Assembly: GCF_004010195.1 (NCBI RefSeq)
Contig: NC_057753.1
Coordinates: forward strand, 13,133,446-13,197,445
Direction: 5' to 3'
Length of the DNA: 64,000 bases
Source: Chiloscyllium plagiosum
Taxonomy: Eukaryota
This document shows positions 26,288-39,900 of the stretch, in pieces. How positions within the stretch are numbered: the first letter of the stretch is position 1; each line of letters starts with the position of its first letter. The notes beneath the pieces were generated by a model. It ran no database searches. It saw nothing but the letters and a program-made list of their open reading frames with translations, and was not told the origin of the DNA. The translations under genes were made by a program, and so were the position numbers.

Positions 26288-26898
26288 AAAAATGTGAAAC
26301 TTAGTTTCTCTAATAAAGATAAATCTGACAAAATGTTTTGTCGTGGTCAACACTGACATAAATTGTTAGCTGAGGGAGGATTCGCAAACGACAAGTCTTA
26401 GTATAAGATGCAGAAATATGATCTAATAGTAATGTCAAGGGAATTATGTTTTGGCTTCAGAACATAGAACTCACCGGCTTCAGGTTTATTTGAGTCAGGC
26501 CATACAGTCATGACGGGGACGCAACTAAATAGATTATGAAAAGATTGAAAGATGGACGTGCTAATGAAATAAGAGCAAGGGGGAAGCGGGATTCTCGTGT
26601 GGATTGCTGACATGGACATTTGCCAGATCTTCCGAAGTAGGTTTTAAGCTAAACAGAAACAGAAATTGCTGAGAAACGTCCACATGTTTGCGAGCATCTT
26701 GGAGAAAAAGCAGAATTAAAGCAGTTTCGGATCCTGTAATCCTCCTTCACAACTGAGCTTTCCAGCATCCGGAGATTTTTTATTTTGCATTACGTTGAAA
26801 TACCTGTTTCAAACAGAATGTGATATTTTGCTGTCAGTTCGCATTTCTCACTGCACCGTAAATCAATTATTTCAGTTTTCCTTAACCTTGTGTTCCAG

Positions 26899-27198
26899 AT
26901 CTGAGCAATGGTGATTCTGTTACTCAACCGGAACCCTCGCTCACGCAGACAGTGAGAGACAAGATGTCACTTTAAACTGCACCTATACAGCTTATTATTT
27001 GTTCTGGTACTGTCAGTATCCTGGAAAGCAGCTCAAGTTTGCAGTCCAGAGGTTGGAGAGCTGTGGTGCTGTACTTTAGGCGGATTTCGCTCAGATCCGG
27101 TTTTCTGATACAATAGAGAAATCTGTCAAGTTGGACCGAATGACCACCCCGAAGCTGGTGCTGTGTGACACCGCGGTCTATTACTGTGCAATGAGCCT
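26899..27198 (+). pseudogene. TCR V pseudogene, inverted paralogue of 22180-23568, lacking leader exon
   Basis: LSNGDSVTQPEP...NCTY...LFWYCQYPG...VL*ADFAQ...DTAVYYCAMS; 2-nt frameshift in FR1, TAG stop; leader and promoter deleted at about 25850. Confidence 0.88.
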
Positions 27199-27236
27199 CA
27201 CAGTGGAGGAACGAGAGAAAGCCTTGTATAATAATT
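27199..27236 (+). other. RSS with 22-bp spacer
   Basis: CACAGTG 27199-27205; 22 nt; ATAATAATT 27228-27236. Confidence 0.75.
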
Positions 27237-27854
27237 GCTGCAGGTTTCTGCGTCACAGCTGTTGCCTTTTCTGGGCTGTAGGCCACAGGGTGTCACACAT
27301 TGTTGCTTCAGCAGATATCTGAACGGGGAAACATTGAAGATAGTCCACATAAACATCATTGTGAATTGGAGGGCTTTATACAGGCGGAAAGAGGACCACA
27401 AAAACGATGAACCTCAAAGAAAAGAAATTCTTGCCAAATCTTTAAAGAATGGGACTGGTCTTTTCATTAATATCCCCTCTCTTTTCCAGATCCCTCAATA
27501 AGAATAGACCTCCGCTCTGTATCTGCTCTATAAATCCCTTTCAGAATAATTTTTGCTGCCTGATTGGTTCCAGATTTTAGTACATCATCTAAGGGAAGGA
27601 ACGTGAAGTGGGGTGGACACGATCTGGAGGGAGAGAATCCCATCTTTGTGAGACACAAATGTACGAACAGCATAAGAATATAAACAAGAGAGGTGCTGCA
27701 CAATCTGTACGAGGTACGACGCAATAAATTATCAAGCAGAACGTCAAAGTTCGTCTCGAATCTTCTGTTTATTCATGGACCACGTGGAATAGGAAAAATC
27801 AAGTTACAGAGATGAGTGATTTTTGGAAAGATTCGTGCGGGAAAAGTCAAGCTT

Positions 27855-28210
27855 CAACACCTATGTTGTGGTTCTGTTCGCCGAGCTGGAAATTTTTGTT
27901 GCAAACGTTTCGTCCCCTGTCTAGGTGACATCGTCAGTGCTTGGGAGCCTCCTGTGAAGCGCTTCTGTGGTGTTTCCTCCGGCATTTATAGTGGCCTGTC
28001 CCTGCCGCTTCCGGTTGTCAGTTTCAGCTGTCCGCTGTAGTGGCCGGTATATTGGGTCCAGGTCGATGTGTTTGTCGATGGAGTTTGTGGATGAGTGCCA
28101 AGCTTCCACGAATTCCCTGGCTGTTCTTTGTTTCGCTTGCCCTATAATGGTAGTGTTGTCCCAGTCGAATTCATGTTGCTTGTTGTCTGCGTGTGTGGCT
28201 ACTAAGCACC
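27855..28210 (-). mobile_element. Penelope-like element 3' fragment (endonuclease C-terminus and 3' UTR)
   Basis: Minus strand HEFDWDNTTIIGQAKQRTAREFVEAWHSSTNSIDKHIDLDPIYRPL; absent from paralogous 18.6-18.7 and 61.0-61.1 kb. Confidence 0.75.
27901..27940 (-). ncRNA. Minimal hammerhead ribozyme motif (Penelope-associated)
   Basis: GCA-CUGACGA-U-GUCACC(UAGACA)GGGGAC-GAAA-CG-UU-UGC: intact core, stem II, 3-bp stem I and palindromic ACGU stem III. Confidence 0.65.
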
Positions 28211-31088
28211 TGTACTGGACAACGCGGGGATATGCACAGCTGAGATAACATTAACCTGAATAGTGCCGGGACCTTTGTTAATATAAATGACATAACTAGG
28301 AAAGCAGGGAAGATTTGAAACTAAATGATGCAGGATAATTAATGAAGTTTCGGAGAATGTGGTAACTCAAAGAATGGAAGGAAAAGACATGTTCAAATAA
28401 CTAAATGGCATTCTGGCCATGAGATTTGAGAGTACAAATCTAAGAAAAATAACGAGGAGAAATAATGGGAGGATAAACAGAAAATATAAAATGTTAAGTA
28501 CCTTTAGATCTGAATGCCCATTACAGTCACAACAGAATAGGTCAGCCAAAAATGCAAATCCAAACAGATAAGTGCATTCTTGTAGTCGTTAGAAAGACAT
28601 TTCTGAAAAAAATACATGGAAGGATACTTGAATGTGGAAGGTTACAGGATATTCAGAAGGAAAGGAAGACAGAAAATGTCGAAAGGTAGCTATATTTGCT
28701 AATTATGCATTAAGCATCAAAAAAGGGAAGACCATCTTAGAGAAACTAGAATGTGGAATGCGTTTCAGGTAGTGAAGTGAAACTTTCAAAGCAGGAAATG
28801 AGAGTGGTGTGTGGCCACTCCCCTTCAAATAGGAAGTGGCTATAGCATTTTTCAGAAGTTTCGAGATAATCATGGAATATTTTAATCTATATTTCTACTG
28901 TAAATGTCAAACGGCTAAAGCTAGCCTAGATGGAAAGCTCAGAGAGGCTTTTCAGGATAGTTTCTTAGAGCAGCTTGCTGTGGAGTCGACTGGACAACAG
29001 GTCTTAGTAGACAGGACATTGTGTAACGGTATCAGACTAAATAATAACGTCATAATGAAGACATTCATGGAGACCAATGACCAAAGCTGTTGAAAGTTGC
29101 ATTCACTTTGAGGGAGACTGTGGACTTCAAATTATTTCACCTGCTTCATGGTAAAATGGCGTTCTTTGTCAAACAATACATGGAAATCTCGTTATGGAGT
29201 TTTGATCAGAATCTTTGCAGCATTATATGCTTCTATGACATCAGTCTCAAACTTCAGGGTAGTATCAATTATTACTTTAATACTTTCCTCGGTTCCATTA
29301 TACATGGAAGAAAAATTAATTCGGGATTCTGAAATTCCTGTTCTCAGTGGGCCAAAGCGTGAATTATAGAACACGCCTAGATACGGACTATATCAGAACA
29401 AGAGTGAATATTCGTGTTAAAGGTTTAATTTAGTATGTCATCAATTTCTTCAACAGTGATATCAAAAATTTGATTCCACACTAGTTCATGTCACTTCAGG
29501 AACCAGATTTAATAGCGGCACCAACAATCAGAACAAGCTTAGTTTAGATAATCATCACCATCTTTTTCATCAGCACAACACCGCATCACTATTACTGTGA
29601 CAGACTTTCGAGCAATCATGGGGAGAATGGAATTTTACTGAAAGGAAATATCAACTGTGTTGTCAGTTAATGCTGAGGAGAGGGTGCGAAATTGTTCTGT
29701 TTGATACTTCCTGAGTCTATCAGCCTTTAACACAGAAAACATTCAGTCAGAGCAGAAGTACAGATCCTTATTTCATTTCGCTGCTGATCTAACCAATGAC
29801 AGGAAAAGACTAGCAGCAGCAATCTCCCTATTCATGAATTCAGAGCAGATTACTTACAGCAAATGAAAGTTGTGTGGCGAGCAAATACAGTGTCGAAAGA
29901 GTGAAGTAGGTGTGATGGCTCTCAGTTGCAGCCGCAGTGATGGAGTGGACATAGTGACGCCTTGGTCTCGAGAAATCTGTCTGCATCCTACGCCTGTTCA
30001 GTTAACTGATGAAGAACAGCTGAAAGAGGAATACGGGTGGAAATGGTATATGAAGTGAATAGAGTAATAAAACATGAGCGAACACATTAATAATTCCAAT
30101 TGTTATTCCTGCACCTATTTGAAATGCTTATTTACATCGTTTTTCACCTTCTCTTTTTGATATTCCATTTACTTGACAACTGATGACAGTTTCTTTTGAC
30201 GATTTAACATGAAGTCGTTTGCCTGCTCATTTTAGATACGCTGTTTCAGATAGATAAAAGATCACACTGCCCTAAATAAAATTTATTCTTCAATTGTCAG
30301 AATCCTTGTCAAAATATAGTCAGTTTGGTTGGAAAAAATCAGGCACAATCGGTCGATCACAAGGGCACAGCTTTAAACACACAGAGACTTTCTCCGATCC
30401 TCTTTTGTAAAGGGGATAATCTCATTTTTATTTCCTTGTTCAGATTGAAGTCCTTCATGTCAGGTGCATACTTTTTCAACAACATGTTCATGATGTGTCA
30501 TTTAGCATCTTTGAAGCAGGTGACATTTCCTGGCTTAGAGATCCAGACATTATCATTGAATTGTTGGCATTTTCTGGTCAACCAGCTCAGAGTTAGTACT
30601 CACACCAACAGTTGAACCCGGGCCTGCTGTCTGAGTTGAACCTGTCCTAATCTCCAGAGACGCATCCACTTTTGTTTTTTTTTCTTTCATGGGACGTTGG
30701 CATCGCTGGGTAGAGAAGCATTTATTGCCGATCTCTAGTTTCCCAGAGGGGGTTTGAGATTCAACCACATTGCTGTGGGTCTTGATTCATATGTAAATCA
30801 GGCCAGGTAAGAATGGCAGTTTCCTTACCTAAAAGAGGTGAGTGACTGAGATCGGTTTGTCTGACAAGCGTCAACAGATTCATAATGATCATTGGAGCCC
30901 AAATTCAAGGTTTTTCATTGAATTCAAATTCCACCCTCTGACATGGTGGTATTCGAATCTGAGACTCTAAAACATCGCCTGCATCTTGGCATTAACAGTC
31001 AGTGGTAATCCAACTATTCCATGGCGTTCCCTATTGCCCAGGATGGGAACTGACTGTTACCTCATAGTCTATTATTTTAAATGGCTCG

Positions 31089-33660
31089 GTAAAAACAATA
31101 ACTGCAGATGCTAGAAATCAGATTCTGGATTCGAGTGGTGCTGGAAAAGCACAGCAGTTCAGGCCGCATCCGAGGAGCAAGAAAATCGACGTTTCGGGCA
31201 AAACCACTTCATCAGGAATACAGGCAGAGTGCCTGAAGGGTGGAGAGATAAATGAGAGGAGGATGGGGGTGGGAAGAAAGTAGCATAATGTACAGTGGGT
31301 GAGTGGAGGTGGGGGTGAAGGTGTTAGGTCAGGGAAGAGGGTGGGGAAGGTAGCAAAGAGTACAATGGGTGGATGGGGGTGGGATGAAGGTGATAGGTCA
31401 GAGAGGAGGGTGGAGTGGATAGATGGAAAAGAAGATAGGCAGGTAGAACAAGTCATGAGGACAGTGCTGAGCTGGAAGTTTGGAACTGGGGTGAGGTGGA
31501 GGAAGGGGAAATGAGGAAACTGGTGAAGTCCGCATTGAGTCCCTGGGATTGAAGTTTTCCGAGGTGGAAGATGAGGCGTTCTTTCTCCAGGCGTCGGGTG
31601 TGAGGGAGCAGCGGTGGAGGAGGCCCAGGACTTCCATGTCCTCCACAGACTGGGAGGGGGAGTTGAAATGTTGGGCCACAGGGCGGTGTGGTTGATTCGT
31701 GCGGGTGTTCCATAGATGTTCCCTAAAGCGCTGTGCTAGAAGGCGTCCAGTCTCCCCAATGTAGAGGAGACCGCATCGGGAGCAATGATACAATAAATGA
31801 TATTGGTGGATGTGCAGGTAAAACTTTGATGCATGTGTCAGGCTCCTTTAGCGCCTTGGATGGAGGTGAGGGAGGGGGTGTGGGCGCAGTTCTTGTAGAT
31901 TGTGGACGAGATGTGTTGGAGGGCATCTTTAACCACGTGGGAAGGGAAATTGCGGGCTCTAAAGAAGGAGGCCATCTGGTGTGTTCTGTGGTGGAACTGG
32001 TCCTCTCAGGAACAGATACGGCGGAAGCAGAGGAATTAGGAATACGGGATGGCATTTGTGCAGGAGGTAGGGTGGGAAGAAGTATTATCTAGGTAGCTGT
32101 GGGAGTCGGTGGGTTTGTAAAAAATGACGGTGTCAAGTCGGTCATCATTAATAGAGATGTAGAGGTCCAGGAAGGGGAGGGACGCGTCAGAGATGATCCA
32201 AGTAAATTTAAGGTCAGGGTGGAATGTGTTAGTGAAGTTGATGAATTGCTCAACCTCCCTGCAGGAGCACGAGGTAGCACCAATACAGTCATCAATGTAG
32301 CGGAGGAAGAGGAGGGGAGTGGTGCCGGTGTAATTACGGAAGATGGACTGTTCTACGTAGCCAACAAAGAGACAGGCATAGCTGGGGCCCATACGGGTGC
32401 CCATGGCTACCCCTTTGGTCTGGAAGAAGTGGGAGGATTCGAAGGAGAAAATGTTAAGGGTGAGTTCCAGTTCGGCCAAACGAATGAGATTGTCGCTGGA
32501 GGGTACTGTTGGGGTCGTCGGGAGAGGAAGAAATGGAGGGCTTGGAGGCCCTGGTCATGGCGGATGGAGGTGTAGAGGGATTGGATATCCATGGTGAAGA
32601 TGCGACGTTGGGGGCCAGGGAAACTGAAGTCATGGAGGAGGTGGAGGGCATAGGTGGTGTCTCGAACGTATGTGGGAATTTCCTGTACTAGGGGGGATAG
32701 GACAGTGTCGAGGTAGGTAGAGATGAGTTCAGTGGGGTAGGAGCATGCTGAGAAAATGGGTCGGCCAGGGTGGTCAGGCTTGTGGATCTTGGGAAGGAGG
32801 GAGAACCGGGCAGTGCGGGGTTCCCGGACTATGAGGTTGGAAACTGTGCTGGGAGATCTCCTGAGGTGATGAGGTTCTGTATGGTGTGATAGATGATGTT
32901 TCGGTGATGGGGGCTGGGGTCATGGTCGAGGGGGCGGTAAGAAGAGGTGTCCTCGAGTTGGTGTCTGGCTTCAGTGGTGTAGAGGTTAGTGTGCCAGACT
33001 ACCACTGCACCCCCTTTATCTGCTGGCTTGATGGTGAGGTCGGGATTGGAGCAGAGGGAGTGGAGGGAAGGGCGTTGTGAGGGTGAGAGGTTGGAGTGGG
33101 AGAGGGGTGTAGACAGGTTGAGGCGGTTAATGTCCCGGCGGCAATTGAAAATGAAGAGGTCGAGGGCAGGTAATAGGCCAGCACGTGGTTTCCAGTTGGA
33201 TGGAGTGTGTTGGAGGTGGGCGAAGGGGTCCTCGGAAGGTGGGTGGGAGACCTGATTGTAAAAGTAAGCTCGGAGGCGGAGGCGGCAGAAGAAATGTTCG
33301 ACGTCATGGCATGTATTAAATTCATTGATACGTGGGCGGAGGGGGTTGAAAGTGAGACCTTTGCTGAGGACTGATCGCCCTCAGTGACGCAGAGGTCTGG
33401 AGGGATGTTAGAACTCGGCAGGGCTGGGAGCTGGGATCTGGTGTAGGTGTGGAGCTGGGAGTAGGGGGGGAGCCTGTAACAGAAGTGGGCGTTGTGTTGG
33501 AGGGAATTGGGTGGAGTCATTAGCAGGAGTGCTATTCCCCTCAGGGTTCTGAGGGGCGGGGATGGTGACAGTGGGATCTGCGGGAGGCGTATCAGCAGAA
33601 TGCAGGTGAGTGGCGTTAGTGGGGGCGGAGGTATTGGCAAACACAGAAGTGGGGGGCCGG
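31089..33660 (-). mobile_element. Penelope-like retroelement (RT and GIY-YIG endonuclease), frameshifted
   Basis: RT: MDIQSLYTSIRH, QTKGVAMGTRMGPSYACLFVG, RYIDD, LPFLD, YKPTDSHSYL. GIY-YIG: CSRCGLLYIGETGR...RFREH...VAQHFN. 3' end carries a hammerhead-like motif at 31184-31219 with mutated stem II. Absent from the paralogous site at about 15740-15780. Confidence 0.92.
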
Positions 33661-33842
33661 AAGATAAACTTTCAGTCTACGCATCTCCAAACTAAATTTC
33701 TGTGAAAGTCTGCTGGTCATTTATGAAAATTAATTAATCCTGAATACATGCCTTGGGCCATTCCAATGTTATCCAGTTGAATTCAACCAGGAAGTGAGTC
33801 TCGGGCGTTAGCAGCGCCAAAACCAAGGGGTGTTCTAACCTG

Positions 33843-33990
33843 AGTGAGGTCACAATGAACTTGATACCCCTAAAAGGTTGAGGTCATCTTGAGGCAGTCT
33901 CCCTGCAGTTACTTAGGTCACAATGGACCTGTCCCCATGCAGTGAGTTCATAATGGGCTTGTACCTATGCAATGAGTGAGGTCACAAAGG
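33843..33990 (+). repeat. Degenerate minisatellite, about 34-bp period, five units centred on AGGTCA/AGTTCA
   Basis: Hexamers at 33847, 33881, 33915, 33945 and 33979. Confidence 0.6.
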
Positions 33991-36900
33991 AAAAATTGCT
34001 CTGTGGCTCTGGTTTTAGACACTATTGTCTAGGTGAACTGAATATCTTGAAGACTAAGTTAAACAGTGTCTGTGTTCGCTCTTCGCAACTCACTCTCATT
34101 ACATTATAGGTTTCTTACAGAAGTGTACTCCAAACATTTTTGATTAAAGAAATAGTTTTCTTTTAATTGAAAGAGTCTGTGTTAGTTATGTCCATAAAGG
34201 CACATTGTTCAACGTCTGACGTCGTGTTTGATATTATTATTGAGATGAAATAGCCATATAATGGACAGCTAGGAAAATTATATACTCCACATGCTCGCTC
34301 ATGTATAAACTCGCTTGAGAATGGATACTAGCAACTAATTCATACTTTATTCGTCTGTGCCCACTGTGGGCCTACGTGCAAATCGAGTAACAGAGCATCT
34401 GGAGACCATAACCATGACTGAAGAACGTCTGTGAAAATGGATTTTGGCTATAGAAACCTAGACACCCCCTACATGCAGTGGTATCTGCAGAAACTGGTAC
34501 ACATTCCAAATCTGATTTTTACCAAAGTAGTTACGTTTGACGATGAGGAATTGTCAGGACCACATGTATGGCAACTGTAGATATCTGTTGTAAGTACTGT
34601 TTACTCAATATAAGCAGTCTGAGTACGAAATGTATAGTGGTCTATTACAATACCATAAGCCGTGAAATCAGATAACAGTGAAAAGCTTGGAGAACACAGT
34701 GAGTACTTCCAGCTTTATCCCACTCGTGCCTTTATCTGATGGTGTACTTTGATCTCGCCTTCATAGAAAAGGAAAACTAGGAGACTTACTTATTGTAAGA
34801 TGACATAACGACTCCTGTACAAGAGACCTTTAGAATATGTTAGCATTATCTCGATTTCACGATTTATATGATAAATACGTCGGATCGGAACAGGAATCCT
34901 GACATAGATAGATAGATAATGCAATCCGTCAAATACTGAGCACTTACAACTGCAAATGAGGGACTGCTAATCCAATACAGTTACCTCACATAACATTGCA
35001 ACACTAAGTCTGCACCACTCAGTTCTGTACCAAAACAGACCTTAGATCTAAGTTGATGTATGGATTTAACATATTAATGCGCCATCACAATAGACTCGTA
35101 ATGTGACACTATTATGAGGAACCTTTTAGAGAACACGGTTTCTGACTCAGACTTCAACAGTTTTTTTTTCAGTACATGGCATGAAACAAGAGTGTGGCGG
35201 GTTTTTTTTCCTATGGTGAAATTAGACACAGTCCTCTAGCCTACAGCTAAGGGTACTATCTCTGAACCATAATAACCCAAAAAATGTTTTGAAACTTGGC
35301 ACATATTAAATTGTAACCCAAGACAGGGACAGGTTTCACTTATTGGCAGATCGTAGCCTTATTTTCATGCTTCATTTGCTTCTGTTGCCAATATTCAGTC
35401 TACAAATGGACGAAACAGCAGCTTAGAACTTAGAACAGAGGAAACAGTACAGCACCGAATAGAGGCTTTGGCTCTCAGTTTTGTTTTATCCTACTTTATC
35501 CTACTGTAGATGAAACTCACCCTCAGACTCTTTTTCTTTTCAAATATTCACGTGGCTATCCAAGAGTCGTTTAAATGTCCCCAATGTATCTGACTCTTCT
35601 GGCAATTCTGGTAGCATATTCCACGCACCCAACACTCTCTGGGTAAAGAAACGACCTCTGAAATCTCCCCTAAACCTTCATCCAAGCCACGTCATGATAA
35701 CCATTTCCGTCGTTGGAGAACGTCTTTGGCTATCCACTCTATCTCTGCCTCACGTCACAGCTTGTTTTAAATTGTGAAATCACAAGGAATCTATGACACA
35801 CTGTACCAAGGACACAGAAGCCTTATTCTAGACTGTAACCGATCGTAAGAGTGTCTAAAATAAGACAATCTCTCTCCTGAAATGCATAGATACACAGTTC
35901 GTTACTGAACACTGGTCATGCTCATTGGGCTCTACAGGCACTGGCGTCATTTTCTAAACAACAGTATCACGTACCCTTAGACAAGGTAAAACTTCAATGC
36001 AAGCTGCCTACATCGAGGTCAGGGATGCTACCAATGTGCGATAAGGACCCTAAATCTGAACCTTGCATTATCAGAATAAGAACATTTAGCTGTTTTGATG
36101 GAAAACTCAAAATGTGATTTCTGCAAATGGGTAACAATCACCGACTCAGGTCAATGCGAAACTGCTGTACTGCCATCAGCCTGTGTCGAGTATATCTATA
36201 GCAAGAGTGAAATAAAATGCGTTTTACCATACACCATGAAGTACTGTCAGGATCCTCAATTCATTTTCATTTCTCCTGTTCATGGTAACACATATTCCCT
36301 ATCAAACATGCAATGAAGGCATTTCATGTCAATGAACCTCCGACACCGTCTGCTCCAAATTTTCAAACTAAATCCATTTCAAAGGCAAACATCGTGGCTG
36401 CTAGGCATCAAGTGCCCGTTATGAAAGAACAATCTAATTTGTCAACTCTCTCGATCGTGTTGCATAGATTACTGAAATCTAAACAAGTGAAAACAATTTG
36501 GCATGATGGATCCAATCAACCAAGCTTTACAGCGCTCAGCAGCTCAGTAAAGTTTTAGTTAACGTTAATGTGGCATGACGGCAATAATATTGTCTTGACT
36601 AAAATTCGATTGAAATTCGAGTTTCGATTGAAAGGACAGGATCAAATGTTGATAGAATGCACAGAGGTAAATGTTCCCATTGGTGAACGCTTCAATGACC
36701 GCTGCATAAATTTAAAGTAAGAGGCATTATTAGATTCAGGGAAAGTGTGAAGAGCTTTTATTCATCTGACGCGTTTCCAAAATCTGAAAGCCAGTCTTTG
36801 AGGATGGTAGAGGCAAAAACCCTGTTAGCATTTGGTAATTCTTTTAACATGTACATGCGATGCCAAGTAATCCAAAGGAATTGGCCAATTTTTGGAAGAT

Positions 36901-39900
36901 GAGGTTGGAATAGTCAATTGCTCGTTAATGACCAGCGCAGATGTGATGGTCCACGGGATATTTTCATGTGCAGCAAAATTCTTTGCCTGTACTATTCTAT
37001 GTCTCGTTCTGCACGTTTCTGTGCCCGAATGTCTGCTTTTGCATTCTCCTGTTTGTGCGTGTAAGCGTGTATGTATATGTGTGTACATGTATGTGTGTGT
37101 GTGTGTTTCTGTTTGTATCAATATCTGGTTAGGTACAAGTTCAAAAGATTGGAGATGATCTCGAGAGCGTGGGTTGATCATTATTAAGTTTCGGTTTTAG
37201 AAGAGACAGTGAGAGATATAATGTCTGGAGGGATAATACTGACTTAATAAAGTCACAGTTCCTTTCCAGATTCAATGATCTTATATTTTGGGTGATACAT
37301 TGCCACCCTTTGCTGGTGTATATTCGCTGCATACTAGCACAGGTTGAAGCCAATATGCTATTCAAATTGTTTTGCGCCTCCACGTTTTCCATGCTCTTGT
37401 TATTTTTCAACTAATGACAGTTTCCTTTGGCGGCTTGACATAGAATTTTTTGCACTGACATTTTAGATTATCTGTTTCAGACAGTTAAAACTGCCCTAAA
37501 TAAAAGTTATCTTTCACTGTAATAATACTTGTTTAAAATGTTGTAGCTTTGGTTGGAGCCAACCAAGTGCAATCAATCGATCAAAACAGCACAATTTTGA
37601 ACAGACAGAGACGCTCTCCAATCCTCTTTGGTAAAGACAAAAGACCTGATTCTCGCTTCCTTGCTAGGATTGAAGGCCTTAATGTCAGGTGCAATGCTAG
37701 TTTACATATTTTCTAAACAATATGTTCAGATGTGTGATTTAGCATCTTTGAAACAGGTGTGTTTCCTAGATCAGAGATCCAGATACTACCACCGCAACGT
37801 TACAGCTGTTATCATTTCCTAATCAGCCTGCTCAGAGTTAATGCTCACATCAGAAATTCAACACGTGCCTCATGTCATAATTGCACTTGCCCAAAACTCA
37901 GAAGTTCAACTTTGTTGTTCCTTTTTATTCGTGGAATGTGGGCATCTCTAGCCAGAGCAGTATTTATTGCTCATGTGTCATTGCCCAGAGGGGAGTTAAG
38001 AATCAAGCAAATTGCTACGGATTCGCATGCAGATTAGACCTGGTAAGAATGGCAATTTCCTTCTCTAAAGGACATTAGAGACTCAGATTTTTTTTTCTGA
38101 CAATTCACAATGGGTTCATAGTCATCATTGGGGCCTTACTTTCCCACTTTGCTGTTTTCAAATTCCACCATGCTGCGATTCAAATCTGAGTCGGCAGCAC
38201 ACTGCCTTGTTCTCTGGATTAACAGCCCAGCGATAATCCCACTCCATCATCTGTTTCCTAGGATGGGAATGGAATGTTAATTCATGAGCAATGATTAAAC
38301 AATATCAATGCTTTGATAACATTACTGAGGTGAAATAACCATATAAAGACAGCTCGTAAAATTAGAGACTCCACATAAATTCTCACATACAAACTCGTTT
38401 GTGTGATTATTGGTAAATATTTCATACTTTCTTCGTCTGTGTCCACAGGTGGCCTAACTGCAGGTCGAATAACACAGTCTTTGGAGACAATAGCCGTGAC
38501 TGAAGAGTATCAGTGAAATTGGATTACATGCAGTGGTATCTGCACAAACTGGTACAAAATCCAAAAATAATTATTAATAATGTGGTAACATGAGATGATA
38601 AAGAGGTTTGAGGACCGTATATATGATAACAGTGGCCACCTATAATAAGTACAGTTACTTCAATATAAGCAGTCTGAGTATGATTGTTATAGTGGGCTAC
38701 CAGTGAACCATGAGGCACAGAATCAGGTAAAAGCTAAAAGCTTGGAAAACATCTGCGAGTATTTGCAGGTTTATTCCACTCGTGCCTTTATCTGCTTTTG
38801 TATTTTGATTCTGGCTTCACAGAAAAGGAAAACTGGTAGACCTACTTATTACAAGTTGCTTGAAACAAACAGCATCCAAAAAAACAGCTGAGAACATGAA
38901 CATAGGATGTACAGCACAGAACAGGTCCTTCAACCCTCCATGTTGTGCCGACCTTATATCCTACTCTACGATCAAACTATGCTACATACCCTTCATCTTA
39001 CTATTATCGATGTGCCTATTATTTGTTGCTTCTGTCCAAAAGACCTTCAGAACATATTAAGAGTTATTTCAAATTCACGTTTTGTATGGTAAATAGATTG
39101 GATCGTAACATGAATCCTGAAATGCATGCAGAGATAATGCAATCCACCAAACACTGTGTACTTGGAACTGCAAATGAGGGACTGTTGTTCCCAAACACTT
39201 AACTCACATTAATTCAGTAACACTGAGTCTGCACCATTCGGTTCTGTGCCAAAACAGAATTTATCAAAGTCGATGGATGGATTTATAATGTCAATACGCA
39301 ATCATGGTCGACTCCTTATCTATTGCTCTCATGAGAAACGCTTTGAAGAACACCGTTTCTGCTTCAGACTTAAACAACACTTTATTTCGTCAAACAATTT
39401 GAACGTGCCTGTAAACAACTCTCTGGCCATTTGTATTTACTCGGGTGAATCTTGAATACAATCCTTCTGGCCTCGTGCACAGAGCATTATCCCTGAAGTA
39501 CGACCACGCAAAAAATATTTTGAAACTTCTCTGATAGTAAATAGCTACCCAGGACAGAGACAGGATGCACTCATTGTCAAGCCGAGGCCTTAATTCCGTC
39601 CACAATTTGATAATGTTCCCAATATTAAGATAGTTCTGCAAGCTACAAATAGCCTGAACATCAGCTTAGAACACAGAACACAGAACAGTATAGGCTCTTC
39701 GGCCCTCAACATTGTGCTTACCTTTTATCCCATTCTAAGATCCAACTAAGAAACATACACTTAATATACTATCATCCATGTTCCTAACCAAGAGTAGCTA
39801 AATGTTCCTCATGTATATGATTCCACTACCACCTCTTACAGTGCTTTCTACGCACCCACCACTCGCTGTGGAAAGAACCTACCTCAGACATATCCCTAAG

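Noticed and set aside
29586-29603. HYYCDR motif
   Set aside because: Not conserved in the inverted paralogue at about 17280 and no other V features.
31299-33695. Many Gly- or Pro-rich ORFs in the ORF track
   Set aside because: Alternative or antisense frames of the Penelope element.
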